A stretch of DNA of 64,000 nucleotides from a virus. Lineage: Duplodnaviria > Caudoviricetes. A program made the position numbers and the translations under genes. This document shows positions 43,624 to 54,480 of the stretch, piece after piece (the first letter of the stretch is position 1; every line of letters starts with the position of its first letter). The notes under the pieces were generated by a model. The model did not search any database and was not told the origin of the DNA. It worked only from the letters and a program-made list of their open reading frames with translations. The DNA lies in the IMG/VR virus record IMGVR_UViG_3300015607_000582, positions 78,929 to 142,928 of that record; one strand, given 5' to 3'.

Positions 43624-45849
43624 TCAGCGGGTTCGGTAGCTCTTGTCGTAGAGCGGCACGCCGAGCTGCGCGTATCGAGGGATCACCTTGTAGTTGACGA
43701 TGCGAGCTGTCGGGGTGAGCGCCGTGCCCTGAATCTGGAGGTCGCGGCCGCGCTCCTCGGGCGGGAAGTGGATGCCGCCGAAGGGGTCGCTGACGTAGTT
43801 GCGGAACGAGCGCCAGCGGCCGTCGGCGGTGGCCCGAGCCTCCCACTCGACCGTGCGCTGGCCAACCCGCAGGTCGTCGACCCAGAAGTGCCCGATGCCC
43901 GCGTCCTGCGGAACGAGGATGGACATGCGATAGAACAGGCTGGCGTACTGGTTGCGGTACGGGAGCAGGTCGATGTAGACCTCGTTCCAGCGCGTCGGCT
44001 GGAGATGTTCGAGGTTGATCCGGAACCTGATCGGGTCGCCGTTCTCGTCGAGCGAGGTCGACTCCATGAGGATGTACGGCTGCGTGTCGGGCGTGGATCC
44101 GCTGCCGACCCAGATGTTCGCCCTGATGTACGAGTGCTTCCAGTCGTCGATCAGGAAGTTCGAGGTCACGAGGCCGGACTTCGAGCGATAGCTTCCGAGG
44201 CCCGACGGAGACTTGGTGGTGTCGATGAACTGCTCCCGCACGTCGACCCAGAACACGCCCTGCGTCAACATGACGTCGGGGGTCGTGTTGGCGATGAGCT
44301 GCACGCCATCGACCGGCGTCGGTGACCGGAACACGCGCGAGCGAATGGTTCCGTACCCGATGGTGCCCTCCGCCAGCTCGTCGATGTATGCGTCGTAGTC
44401 GACGAACGAGGCCGAGAAGCCGCAGCGCCCGAGCCGCCCCTTGTACGCAGGATTGGAGAGCAGCACCTGCGCAACGAGCGAGCCGATTCCGTTGCGCTCA
44501 TCCGACTCGTGCAGGCGAAGCTCGACGGATGCGCCCACGGCGGTCGCGGAGAAGTAGTAGCGCCCCGAATCGACCACGATCCCTCGACCGGCCTCGACGT
44601 CTTCGTCGATGGCTCGATCCAGCGTGACGCCCCACGACGTCAGCGTGGTGTCGCCGACGAGCACGTTCGCACCGTCGTTGCCGTCGTAGCGGAACACCCG
44701 GTACGAGGCCGCGCCGTTGAGATCCCATTCGAGGCGGGCCACCATGTGGCTCTCCAGACCCCCAAACGTCCCCTCGCGGAAGATGAGGTCGATGCTGTTG
44801 GTGCCAGCCTGTGTGAGCGCGCCTCCAGTGCAGAAGAACACGCCGACCGAACCGTCGATGAAGCGGGGGTCGTTATCGGGGTCGTCCGACGCGCTGCGGA
44901 TGAGCTTCGGGATGTTGGTGCCGATGGTGGTGCCGTCGAGCGCGACCTGATTCTTGATGACGCGATGGCGCGTGTCGAAGTCGATCTTGCGGTCGTTGGC
45001 CTGATAGTCGGTCAGATCCTCGATGACGCGGATGCCGTGCAGCAGCCGCATGGTGTGGCCGTCGGTCGATGCCGCCTTCTCGATGTGGATGCGGATCCCG
45101 GTCACGGCCGTGATGTCGAATGTGTCGCGCAGGAAGCTGGAGATCGGCACCGCCACCCAGTGCGTGCCGCCGACGCTCGCCGAGAATGCGAGCTTCACCG
45201 ACTCGCCGTCCTCCGGGCTGTCACCCACCTGATTGGCCGAGGTGAACGAGCCGTCTGTGTTGGACGAGAGCTGGACGTACGACGAAGCGGCGGTCAGCGA
45301 GCTGAGGGTGATGTCGGCCGTCGAGTCGAACGTGATGACGAGGTGCGCGCTGGGGCCGAAGAGCGTCTCGCTGCAGTCGATGGGGTTGGTGACGTCGTCG
45401 GTGTCAACCGGAATGCTCGAAACGAGATCGGCGTCGATTGCGTTGCCGTCGGCGGTGAGTGTCAGCGCCCGCAGGTTGGCCGGTGACGAGATCAGGCCGA
45501 CCTTGAGCAGCTTCGCCTCGTTCGCGCCGTAGGAGGCACCGTCGTAGGTGATCCAGTTGGGGTTCGGGTAGACGCCAGTGCCGCTCGCCTCCCAGAACTC
45601 GCCAGCGACGATGCGCTGCGATTCGAGGTTGAACTGGGTGCCGTACGGCGGATCCAGCTCAAGCAGGGTCTGCGAGAGCTGATCCAGCTCGGACTGCGTG
45701 CGGGGGCGCTCGATGTCGAAGTTGATGAACGAGCGCAGGTCTGCGTGGATGACCTCGTCGATCCATGCGCTGTCCGCGACGCCGTCGGGAGTCCAGTATT
45801 CCAGCCACCGCCCATTGGGTGAGCTAAAGGTGTCAGCGATGGGCCTCAT
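43624..45849 (-). CDS. Tail/baseplate structural protein
   Basis: Beta-rich, last gene of the baseplate operon. Confidence 0.6.
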   Translation of the reverse strand: MRPIADTFSSPNGRWLEYWTPDGVADSAWIDEVIHADLRSFINFDIERPRTQSELDQLSQTLLELDPPYGTQFNLESQRIVAGEFWEASGTGVYPNPNWITYDGASYGANEAKLLKVGLISSPANLRALTLTADGNAIDADLVSSIPVDTDDVTNPIDCSETLFGPSAHLVITFDSTADITLSSLTAASSYVQLSSNTDGSFTSANQVGDSPEDGESVKLAFSASVGGTHWVAVPISSFLRDTFDITAVTGIRIHIEKAASTDGHTMRLLHGIRVIEDLTDYQANDRKIDFDTRHRVIKNQVALDGTTIGTNIPKLIRSASDDPDNDPRFIDGSVGVFFCTGGALTQAGTNSIDLIFREGTFGGLESHMVARLEWDLNGAASYRVFRYDGNDGANVLVGDTTLTSWGVTLDRAIDEDVEAGRGIVVDSGRYYFSATAVGASVELRLHESDERNGIGSLVAQVLLSNPAYKGRLGRCGFSASFVDYDAYIDELAEGTIGYGTIRSRVFRSPTPVDGVQLIANTTPDVMLTQGVFWVDVREQFIDTTKSPSGLGSYRSKSGLVTSNFLIDDWKHSYIRANIWVGSGSTPDTQPYILMESTSLDENGDPIRFRINLEHLQPTRWNEVYIDLLPYRNQYASLFYRMSILVPQDAGIGHFWVDDLRVGQRTVEWEARATADGRWRSFRNYVSDPFGGIHFPPEERGRDLQIQGTALTPTARIVNYKVIPRYAQLGVPLYDKSYRTR

Positions 45850-48800
45850 GTGCTCTCCTCATCCACGGCGGTACCGAAGCCCGCTGCGACGCCGCTGTCA
45901 CGGAACGTGATGCCGAACAGCGCGGAAGGATCCACCTCAAGGTACTCCGTCATGTCGGAGCGTGCGATCTGCGTCACCACCTCGCCCCCGTCGCCGTACG
46001 CGCTGGCGATCATGTAGTCGACGTCGATGTCGTATCGCACGCCGCGCTCACTGAGCTGAGAGTGAACGCGCACGTTGGATGCGATGCCGACGTTGAGCAG
46101 GTTGATGAAGCGGTTGTCCGTGAGGGTGACGGGCTCGTCCGAGTAGGCAACGCCATCGACCGAGTAGGACACGTAGACGGTCTGCCCGCTCTCGATGCGG
46201 CTCATCGGCTCACGCACGAAGGAGTTGAGGTCGAGGAACTGGTCGTCGTAGAGGTTGTCGTCGATGATCGGATCGTCGTGCTCGACCGTGTAGTCGTTGC
46301 GACGGAACTCGACGTCGCGGATGCCGACGTAGTACGCCTTGCGGTTGAAGCGCGCCTTGTCCGTGCGGTAGAAGTGGCGGCACTTGCGATTGAACCACAT
46401 CGGCGTCTCGGCGATCTCCGAGAAGGCGTGCGTGACACGATCCCCTCGCGTGGAGACGAACGCCGAGTGGGCCTCGATCTGCGGAGTGGCTTCCCGCGTC
46501 AGGGGTTCGATCTGCGTGGGCCGCGACCGCAGCGACCGGCCGAGGAGACTTCCGTCCCGCAGCGTCGCGACCAGAGAGCCACGATACAGCGTGTTCGACG
46601 CGAACCGGATCTTGCTCTGGGTCACCGGGTCGATGAAGGCGTTGGTGCCCGTGTCGACGAGCCCGGAGCCAAGCACGCGAGGATCATCGAGCAACCCGTG
46701 CGAGAGCGCGGTCATGAACTCACGATGCTTGTAGGCGAACTCCTGAACCGGGTCGGCGATCTCCTGAAGGATGCGACGCTGGACGGGCGTCTGCGACTGG
46801 ACGAACCAGTCCTCCACGGTGCGTCGCACCTGCGTGTTCTGGAACGCGCTCTCGACCCACGTCGGGTGCCGCTTGTACTCGACGGGCGGCAGCTCGGGGA
46901 ATGGCGAGACGGTGAACGGCATCGGGCGCAGGTTCGTGAACTCCAGCTTGATGAAGCTCGCCTGCACCCCGTGCGGAAGCTGGATCGCCTCGTCGCGGCG
47001 GAGGATGTAGACCTCGTTGATCGGAGTCCAGAGCATCTGATCCCAGTGCTCGGTCAGCTTGGGGGCCTCCCCGTGGAGGTTGTCGCGCGTGTAGTAGACG
47101 TGCATCCGGACGCCATGCGTGCGCGGGGCGATGCGGATGTTGTCGATGACGGCGAACTCCTGCTGGCCAGTGGCCTGCGCCTGACGCACATCGAAGTAGA
47201 GGCTCTCGACGGCCTCCGGGCTCGGGCGCGGCGCGCTCATCCAGCCCGGAGACGCCGGGTCGAGCACGCGACTCGCCGAGTCGAGCAGACGTGTGGCGTA
47301 GCGGTACTGGTTGCCGAGGATGTCACGCCCCGAGTCGCCCGTGTCAGACCAGACGCGCAGGGCGAGGCTGCGGCTGTGATCGGCGACGTACTCGCCGCCA
47401 GCCACGTAGGTCAGGCGGGGGACGATGAAGAATCGACGTGATCCCGTCAGCTCGCGCCAGCCCTTGTTGACCTCGATCACGACCTGATCGTTCGCCTCGC
47501 CGGTCAGCGATACGCCGAAGAACATGACGTCGCCATCACGCGCGGCCTCGGAGTCGACGACGGTCGTGGAGCCGACTGCGTCGTTGAGCGCCCACAGGCC
47601 GACGAGGTCGCCGTACGCCTGCAGGTCGCCGATGATCGAGCCGCCACCGTGGCCGAGATCGTAGATGGCGGAGACTTCGCCAGCGGTCATGTCGTCGTTG
47701 AAGAAGGCGATGTCGTCGAGGTCACCCTCGTAGCGCGTACCGGGATCCGTCCACGGCCCCGATCCGTAGAGCAGGTTGTCCCAGTCCGTGCCCCACTTCG
47801 TGCCGAAGCAGATTTTGTCCCCGGCGGCTGCCGCGTTGGGGGTGAAGGTGAGGCCAGCCGCGCTGTCCACCAGCGTGCCGTCCCGATAGAGCTTGAGCGT
47901 CCCGGTGCCGTTGTCGAAGGTGGCGAATGCGTGATGCCACTCGCCGTCGGCGGTGTTGGCGACGTCAGTCAGGGTGACACCGTCGCAGGTGACCTGCAGG
48001 GCGCTGTCGAGAGACCCACCGTCGGGCCCGATCCCGACGTACCACCCGTTCCCGGCGTAGTCGGCGTTGTCGACGATCACGCTGACCACGCCGTCCATCG
48101 TCGACGCTTCGCGACGGTACCAGAAGCTGCACGACCAGTTGGAGGTCGCGAGATCCGCGTGCCAGTCGACCTGAATGCGGCCCGAGTAGCCGTCGAAGCT
48201 CGCGTATCCGCCGGGCTGTCCGATGGAGCGGATCTGGTAGGAGTTCAGGCCGTCGACCGCCTGAATGTAGTCGCCTACCTGAGCCAGTCCCATGCCAGCA
48301 TCGACGTCGTCGACGATGAACAGCTTCGAGCGCCGCTCCGCCGACAGCGTGGATGGCACGAGGAAGCCGGGCGCGTCGACCGGGTTGCTGACGTAGACGG
48401 CCGACGACGCAGGCGTGTGCTGGCTGCTGATCCTGATCTCGTAGGTCGTGTTCATGTCCCCCTGCAGGGGGCGACTGAAGTAGCAGTTGATCCAGCACTG
48501 GCCGACGTGCGCGGCTCCGCGCGTGGTGCCGCTGTCGATCCGCACGGCCTCGTCGGTGACGTCCCACAGCGACCAGCGCCACACCACGTCCCCGTGCATG
48601 GGGACGCCCTCGTCGGCACCGGCAGTCTGGGAGTTCACCTCTGCGAGGAAGCTGAAGCCAAGCAGGCCGGGAACGATGTCGTCCCCGGTGGTCGCAGTTC
48701 CCTCGCCGCGAGGCGCATCCTCGGGGAAGACGAACCGCTGCGTCAGCTCGTGCGTCGTCAGGTCAGGCTTGGCGGTGAGCTGCAGCAGCTCCGTGTTGGA

Positions 48801-49379
48801 GTCGATCTCGGACGCGAACAGCGGCCCCGCCATGTGGCGATGGTCGGAGACCGTGCGGAAGGTGCGCAGGTTCTTGACGATGGCCGGGTACGGCGTCCCG
48901 AGGTTGGCGCGAGTCGGCCACGGCGTGTCTCGGCGCGTGAAGCCGATGCGCAGACGGCGCGTGTGAACCGTCTCCCCCTTGGCGTCCGAGAAGTAGAACT
49001 CCGAGTGGACGAAGCTCGCCGTCGCGTCCGCCTCGTAGAGGATCAGGTCGTCGAACTTCAGCTCGGGTTCCGGCGTGACCGGCATCCACTCGGGAGCGCC
49101 CTCGCCTGCGGAGACCGCGTCGTACTCGATGGTGATCTGAAATGGTAGCCGAACGATGTCAAGCATCAGGCCCATGACCTGACGAACGCGACCGTAGTCG
49201 ATCTCCAGATACTCGGTGGTCTCGACGCCGCCCCGCGCGACTGGGAGGTACTCTCCAGTCAGGGCGTTGACGGCCGCTGGGCGGATCTTGGACGACCAGA
49301 ACGTCCCGCTGTCGGGCTCGGGGTCGTCCGTGAAGCGCAGGCCGAACAGGCGCGGATCGTAGATTCCGTTGACGAGCAT
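45846..49379 (-). CDS. Baseplate wedge/minor tail protein with inserted LamG/ConA domain
   Basis: WSCSFW..DGEWHHAFATFD..KLYRDG..GDLDDIAFFN. ATG at 49379. Confidence 0.7.
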   Translation of the reverse strand: MLVNGIYDPRLFGLRFTDDPEPDSGTFWSSKIRPAAVNALTGEYLPVARGGVETTEYLEIDYGRVRQVMGLMLDIVRLPFQITIEYDAVSAGEGAPEWMPVTPEPELKFDDLILYEADATASFVHSEFYFSDAKGETVHTRRLRIGFTRRDTPWPTRANLGTPYPAIVKNLRTFRTVSDHRHMAGPLFASEIDSNTELLQLTAKPDLTTHELTQRFVFPEDAPRGEGTATTGDDIVPGLLGFSFLAEVNSQTAGADEGVPMHGDVVWRWSLWDVTDEAVRIDSGTTRGAAHVGQCWINCYFSRPLQGDMNTTYEIRISSQHTPASSAVYVSNPVDAPGFLVPSTLSAERRSKLFIVDDVDAGMGLAQVGDYIQAVDGLNSYQIRSIGQPGGYASFDGYSGRIQVDWHADLATSNWSCSFWYRREASTMDGVVSVIVDNADYAGNGWYVGIGPDGGSLDSALQVTCDGVTLTDVANTADGEWHHAFATFDNGTGTLKLYRDGTLVDSAAGLTFTPNAAAAGDKICFGTKWGTDWDNLLYGSGPWTDPGTRYEGDLDDIAFFNDDMTAGEVSAIYDLGHGGGSIIGDLQAYGDLVGLWALNDAVGSTTVVDSEAARDGDVMFFGVSLTGEANDQVVIEVNKGWRELTGSRRFFIVPRLTYVAGGEYVADHSRSLALRVWSDTGDSGRDILGNQYRYATRLLDSASRVLDPASPGWMSAPRPSPEAVESLYFDVRQAQATGQQEFAVIDNIRIAPRTHGVRMHVYYTRDNLHGEAPKLTEHWDQMLWTPINEVYILRRDEAIQLPHGVQASFIKLEFTNLRPMPFTVSPFPELPPVEYKRHPTWVESAFQNTQVRRTVEDWFVQSQTPVQRRILQEIADPVQEFAYKHREFMTALSHGLLDDPRVLGSGLVDTGTNAFIDPVTQSKIRFASNTLYRGSLVATLRDGSLLGRSLRSRPTQIEPLTREATPQIEAHSAFVSTRGDRVTHAFSEIAETPMWFNRKCRHFYRTDKARFNRKAYYVGIRDVEFRRNDYTVEHDDPIIDDNLYDDQFLDLNSFVREPMSRIESGQTVYVSYSVDGVAYSDEPVTLTDNRFINLLNVGIASNVRVHSQLSERGVRYDIDVDYMIASAYGDGGEVVTQIARSDMTEYLEVDPSALFGITFRDSGVAAGFGTAVDEEST

Positions 49380-50704
49380 CAGGCGCTCCTCCAAGCTCCG
49401 ACGTAGATCGGCAGCGTGTTCGGGGCCACGACGTTCTCCTGAACGTGGGCCTGATCCACCTCGACTGTGCGGAGGAACGGGTAGACGTCAGCCACGGACG
49501 CCGGGAACGTGCCGACGTGCTCCGACTGATGCTGAGGGAACGTCGCTGCGAACGCGGTCGTGCCGTAGTTGGCGTCGTTCAGCGCCGACTCGCTGTACGC
49601 CATCACGGTCTCGATGGTGTGGAAGATGTCGGGCAGCTCGATCTGCGCGTCCGCATAGTTCACAGCCTGAGCTTCGATGCCGCCTTCGATGAAGTTCGCG
49701 TCGACCGCGCTCGGCGTAGGCCATGAGACGTCGGGCTTGCCGCTGACGAATCGCGTGGGCAGGAAACGCTCCGTGGACGAGTCGACGACCGGAGACGGGT
49801 TGACCTCGATGTGCCGGTACTCCTGCGGGAGGACTGACATGAGGCTGCCGACTGGGCGCAGGCGGTCGAGCACGTCCAGCATGTTGCGGTGGAGGTCGGG
49901 GAGCAGGAAGTACCACCCGCGCGCAACGATCCCCTCGACGGCCTCTCGGGGAACGTGTTGCTCGGTCGAGTAGACCGCGTCCATCTCCATGGGGCGGGTC
50001 GTGCCGTGCGCAGGCACATGGAACTGCGCCTGCCTGATGAACTGCACGTCGAAGGCGTAGTCGGCTGCGAAGTTCCCGTCGTTGTCCCCGAGCCTCGGCA
50101 TGACGACGAACTCGCCCGGTGCGGACGACTTGCCGTACGCCTCCAGCCCCAGCGGGTCGTCACTGTACTGGTCGAAGATGTAGAGGTAGTGCTCGCGCAC
50201 TTCGCACTCGACGCCAGACCCCGCCTCGGCAGCGTACGCCATGCCCTGCGGCGAGGAGCCAAGTCGCGTCGCGGCGAACAGCTTCTGGGCGCGGTGCCGG
50301 TAGCGGGCGTCCTTGAGCTGGACGTCGCTCCACTCGTCGGGCGTCAGAGCGTCGACGTCAGTGTCGAACGAGTACACCTCCGGTCGGATGCGCCCGAACC
50401 GGAAGTGCGTGGTGTAGAAGCTGTCGAGATCCCGGTAGCTGATGACCTCCGCCTCGCCCTGCAGGCGAGCGATGTAGGTCTGCTTCCGCAGCAGGCCAGC
50501 CCCCGCGTCTCCGCAGAGGGCTTCGAGGAACTTGTACAGGTGCGTGTCCGGACCCTGCGCGTAGGTCGATTCAGGGAACCGATCCATCAGTTCCTGAATG
50601 CGCGGCGGCCCCGCGAGGGGCTCGATGATCGGATCCGCCCGGACGAGTGACGTGGTCGTGCGGTCTCCGGAGTTGTCGGGGAAGCTGCTCAGGTAGGAAG
50701 CCAT
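49379..50704 (-). CDS. Baseplate wedge protein (gpI-like)
   Basis: Follows baseplate J. DARYR....A...GSSP.G and LDRLRP patterns. Confidence 0.65.
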   Translation of the reverse strand: MASYLSSFPDNSGDRTTTSLVRADPIIEPLAGPPRIQELMDRFPESTYAQGPDTHLYKFLEALCGDAGAGLLRKQTYIARLQGEAEVISYRDLDSFYTTHFRFGRIRPEVYSFDTDVDALTPDEWSDVQLKDARYRHRAQKLFAATRLGSSPQGMAYAAEAGSGVECEVREHYLYIFDQYSDDPLGLEAYGKSSAPGEFVVMPRLGDNDGNFAADYAFDVQFIRQAQFHVPAHGTTRPMEMDAVYSTEQHVPREAVEGIVARGWYFLLPDLHRNMLDVLDRLRPVGSLMSVLPQEYRHIEVNPSPVVDSSTERFLPTRFVSGKPDVSWPTPSAVDANFIEGGIEAQAVNYADAQIELPDIFHTIETVMAYSESALNDANYGTTAFAATFPQHQSEHVGTFPASVADVYPFLRTVEVDQAHVQENVVAPNTLPIYVGAWRSA

Positions 50705-50707
50705 CGG

Positions 50708-53700
50708 CTACCGATCCCAAGTGTGCTGTGCGCGCTTGACCACGACCGAGACGTTGAGCAGCGGCGCTGCCGCCAGCTCTCGATCCTCGATGAAGAAGTC
50801 CGTCGTGAAGTAGACCGAACCCGACTCCAGAGCCTCGCCCTGCGGATTGACCTCTTCGACGCGAACCTCTGTGAGGGCACGCCACGTCACGCCGCTGTCG
50901 ACGATGGTGTCCCCGTCTGCGTCGGGCCAGATGGGTTCGGTCGCGTTGCTCGTGCCAGCGCGGATGGCCTCGAACACGAAGCCGTTCTGCGTCGTGCTCG
51001 GGCGAACGATGTCGCCCAGCGAGTAGGCCGTCGCGCTGTCCCACGCCGGAACCGTGTCGTAGCGGCGGTCTGCCGTCCAGCGCACGTTGTCGACACCCGG
51101 CACGTCATGGATCGCCTGCAGGATGTCGGAGAGCTGGATCGCCGCACCGTAGTATTGGTTCTCGTAGAACACCGCCAGCGCGGCGTCGATGGACGCATTG
51201 ACGATTGCCTCGTTCGCGCCGATGGAGTACATCACCGTGATGTACGCCTTGAAGTAGCGGCGCAGCGCGCGATGGACGAGGATGTCGGTGCCGACCTGCT
51301 TGTGACTGTCCTCCAGCGACTGCAGGAACTGGATGTTCTGATCGAACACGTAGCCCTGCACGTCGAACTGCACGCCCTGATTGTCCTCTCCGGTCACGAC
51401 CGCGCCCGTGTAGGTCTCGACGCCGTTGATGTCGGTGAGGATGCCGAGCAGCCCCGCGTTGCCCTGCGGCGCGGCGATCAGCCACTCGATCCCGTCCTTG
51501 GCCCTGATCGAGCCCGCGTTGCCGTTGACACTGCGCGCGAAGGCGTAGTGCGCGAGCTTGGTATAGAGGTAGGGGCTGGCTTCGGTGCCAGACCCGGTGC
51601 GCTGGTTGAAGTACGCGCCGCTCGCCGTGTCCCCGATGTAGGTGAACACGGCGGTGCCGCTGGTGGTGGTGGCTCGGATCGGCGCGACATCCCAGACTGG
51701 CTCGGATCCGCCCGACGTACCTGCGGTCGTGCAGACGAACAGCTCGGTGTCGGACGCCTTCTGCACCACCTCGCCGACGGCGTATGCGGAGGTGGGTCGG
51801 AACGCCTCACCCTCGTCGACGTAGTAGTTGGCGCGCAGGTACTTGTTCTGTCCGATGGTGATGCTGTCCGGCAGCTCCAGCACTGGCTGCCAGAGCAGTG
51901 GCGTCAAGCGATTGCCCAGCGAGCAGGCGCGACCGTCGAGGCCGCGCTCGAAGTTGATGACCCGAGGGTCGTCCAGCTTCTGGTACGTCCAGTGGCTGGG
52001 ATCGGTGTCTTGCAGGTTGTGGCTCTGCCCGGAGATCACCTCGGCGCTGTCGACATTCGTCTCCTCGCCGCCGTTGACGAAGACCTCGACGCAGTTGGAG
52101 ATGCCGAGGCTGTAGTCGTTCCGCGAGTTCTGGGACATGTACTGGTGTTCGAGCAGCAGGATGTCGCCGCCCTCGATGCCACTCGGCCAGATCGGCGAGC
52201 CGTCGGTTCCCTGATCGACGAGGATCGTGACGTTGGGCTGGTACGGGTACGCCGAGGAGATGTAGCTGTGCGTCACCTGCCCGAGGTACGTGAACGTGAT
52301 GCTGCCGGACACCGTCGTGGCGTCGACCGCGCTCGTGTCCCATGTCGGCATGCTCGCGCCCGACGAGCCAGCGTCGGCGGTGACGATGAACAGATCGTCG
52401 CCATGCTGCACGAGGTCGTTCAGCGCGTAGTTGTACGAGGGCTGGAACGCGCTGCCCGTCGTCAGGCCGATCAGCGCGAAGGTCGGCGCTTCGGCCTGCC
52501 CGGTGCCGACCATCGTCTCACTGAGGTAGCCCTCGGTGATGTCCCACGTCGGGCTGACCGTGTCGCTCGTTCCCGCCTCGATGCAGACGAAGAGGCGGCC
52601 GGAGCCGGTGGCGCCAGTGCCCTTGACGAGATCGCCCACGGCGTAGGCGTGTGCGTTGGCGTATGCCTCGCCCGCATCGGCGGTGATCGGCACGTCGTTG
52701 AAGAAGTAGTCAACGCCCGGCCGGAAGAAGTACGCGCTCGCCGCACTGAGCGTCGAGTCGGTCAGGAAGTGTCCGTCCGGGTACGTGAACTTGGAGTTCG
52801 GAATCGTGCTCGGCGGCGACGTCACCTTGAACGGCCAGTTGTGCGCGTCGGTCGCGAGCCCGCTGTGGTTGTCGTAGCCGAACGAGCCGCCGACAGTCGT
52901 CTGGATGTCGTCGTGCCCCGTGGGTGCCGCCCCAGCCGTGACGCCCGTGGCGTTCGCCGTTCCCGCACTGCCGCCGCCCGTGATCGTGTACGCCATCAGG
53001 GCGAGGTTGCGCCGACCGAGCCTGTTGCGGAACGTGACCGTGTAGGTGTACGGGCCACTGCCGCTGCGCGTCACGACGACGTGCGTCTCGCTGACGGTTG
53101 ACAGGGCGGTGTCGAGTGCCGCGTTGATCGCGGTCTGGACGTCGTCGCCAGTCGCGCCCTGCGCGATGGAGGCCGATGTCGCGAGCGTGTTGCCGATCTC
53201 GTCCTTGACCGTCACGGTGAAGGTGGTCGCATCCGCAGCGATGGTGAACGACTGCACCTCGTTCTCGCCGTCGTCCGTGATGACGGGGATCTGGATCAGC
53301 TCGGCATACCGCGAGATCGGCCCGACCACGTTCACCTTGCTCACCGTCGGCGCGGAGAGCGCCAGAGCCATGATGTGGTCGTAGGTGCCGCTCATGTTGC
53401 GGAAGATCGAGTTGCGGAAGCGCAGCTTGTACTCGGCATCGCTCTCGCCGTCGAAGCCGCCAGTGGTGGGCTGCGTGTTGGTCACCGACGTGATGCCGGA
53501 GATGCCGCGCAGACCGGCGAAGCTCGTGATCGAGTTGACCGGGAGGTTGCCGATGGTGCCGTAGGTCGTGCAGCGCACGGGTGCATCGACGCTCGTCGAG
53601 TCGGCACCCATGACGACGGTCTCGGTCGTCGCGAAGATGAGGTTCGGGAACGCCGGGTTGTCGACGACACCGAGAAGCTGCGTGCCTCGCGGGATCGTCA

Positions 53701-53992
53701 GCGGATCGAGCGTTGCGCCGGTTCGCGAGAAGGTGACGCGGCCGACGGCCGCGCGGGGCACCTGACGGCCCCAGCCGAAGTTCCCGAGGTAGGCGTCGAG
53801 GCGTCCGCCGGTCATCGTGTCGAGATCGTGCTGGCGCAGCAGGACTGAGTAGTCCACCTGCGAGCCCGCGACGAACTCGGCCACCGTGTCGAGGATCTTG
53901 CGCTCGGGGGTGCCGACTTCGAGGCTGAACGCCGGATCCAGCAGGCGGAGCTGCTGGATCATGCGGTTGGCGATAGTGGACGCCGAAAGCAA
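50708..53992 (-). CDS. Baseplate J-like protein with inserted repeats
   Basis: LDAYLGNFG..R..A.G.V.F, IPRGT, GN...N, TGGFDGESDAEYKLR. Confidence 0.9.
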   Translation of the reverse strand: MLSASTIANRMIQQLRLLDPAFSLEVGTPERKILDTVAEFVAGSQVDYSVLLRQHDLDTMTGGRLDAYLGNFGWGRQVPRAAVGRVTFSRTGATLDPLTIPRGTQLLGVVDNPAFPNLIFATTETVVMGADSTSVDAPVRCTTYGTIGNLPVNSITSFAGLRGISGITSVTNTQPTTGGFDGESDAEYKLRFRNSIFRNMSGTYDHIMALALSAPTVSKVNVVGPISRYAELIQIPVITDDGENEVQSFTIAADATTFTVTVKDEIGNTLATSASIAQGATGDDVQTAINAALDTALSTVSETHVVVTRSGSGPYTYTVTFRNRLGRRNLALMAYTITGGGSAGTANATGVTAGAAPTGHDDIQTTVGGSFGYDNHSGLATDAHNWPFKVTSPPSTIPNSKFTYPDGHFLTDSTLSAASAYFFRPGVDYFFNDVPITADAGEAYANAHAYAVGDLVKGTGATGSGRLFVCIEAGTSDTVSPTWDITEGYLSETMVGTGQAEAPTFALIGLTTGSAFQPSYNYALNDLVQHGDDLFIVTADAGSSGASMPTWDTSAVDATTVSGSITFTYLGQVTHSYISSAYPYQPNVTILVDQGTDGSPIWPSGIEGGDILLLEHQYMSQNSRNDYSLGISNCVEVFVNGGEETNVDSAEVISGQSHNLQDTDPSHWTYQKLDDPRVINFERGLDGRACSLGNRLTPLLWQPVLELPDSITIGQNKYLRANYYVDEGEAFRPTSAYAVGEVVQKASDTELFVCTTAGTSGGSEPVWDVAPIRATTTSGTAVFTYIGDTASGAYFNQRTGSGTEASPYLYTKLAHYAFARSVNGNAGSIRAKDGIEWLIAAPQGNAGLLGILTDINGVETYTGAVVTGEDNQGVQFDVQGYVFDQNIQFLQSLEDSHKQVGTDILVHRALRRYFKAYITVMYSIGANEAIVNASIDAALAVFYENQYYGAAIQLSDILQAIHDVPGVDNVRWTADRRYDTVPAWDSATAYSLGDIVRPSTTQNGFVFEAIRAGTSNATEPIWPDADGDTIVDSGVTWRALTEVRVEEVNPQGEALESGSVYFTTDFFIEDRELAAAPLLNVSVVVKRAQHTWDR

Positions 53993-54015
53993 AGCCGGGC
54001 TCCTCGGTGTGCGAA

Positions 54016-54480
54016 CTAGACGGGGCGATTCAGGGTCACGCGCCCGCCACTTTCAACCCTTAGATAGCAGCGCGCCAGCACCACGTCCTGAATGGGCACC
54101 ACGTCCAGTCGCTCGATGTCCGTCAGCACCTCGCCCGATGACATGGTGTGCTTGCCCCCGTAGCGAGCGACATCCGCTCGGATCCTGTCCATCTGCGCGG
54201 TCTGGTGGGCGATCAGGATCCGCCGAATCTCCGCCTCGATCATCATGAGGCGCTCGCGCCCCATGAGCGACCCGATGAACTCGTCGGGGGCACGCCCATC
54301 AGGTGTCACGCCGCCGTCCAGCGTCGACCCGTAGCTGGGGTGCATCGGGTCATGCCCGCGCGGCTCCAGTAGGTGGTGCCGCAGATCCTGCACCAGCTTC
54401 TGCGAGCCCGTGACCACGGCAAGGCCGCCCGGCCCTGCGGGGTTCAGGTCGCCGTTGCGGACGTGGAGCGAGTAGCTCAC
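54016..54480 (-). CDS. gp25/GPW-like baseplate wedge subunit
   Basis: KLVQDL..LLEPRG.D..HPSYGS. Start is uncertain by a few codons. Confidence 0.8.
   Translation of the reverse strand: MSYSLHVRNGDLNPAGPGGLAVVTGSQKLVQDLRHHLLEPRGHDPMHPSYGSTLDGGVTPDGRAPDEFIGSLMGRERLMMIEAEIRRILIAHQTAQMDRIRADVARYGGKHTMSSGEVLTDIERLDVVPIQDVVLARCYLRVESGGRVTLNRPV
54052..54064 (-). promoter_or_regulatory. Class B (putative late) promoter for baseplate J
   Basis: TCTAA-GGGT-TGAA using rare CTA/AGG codons. Confidence 0.5.
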
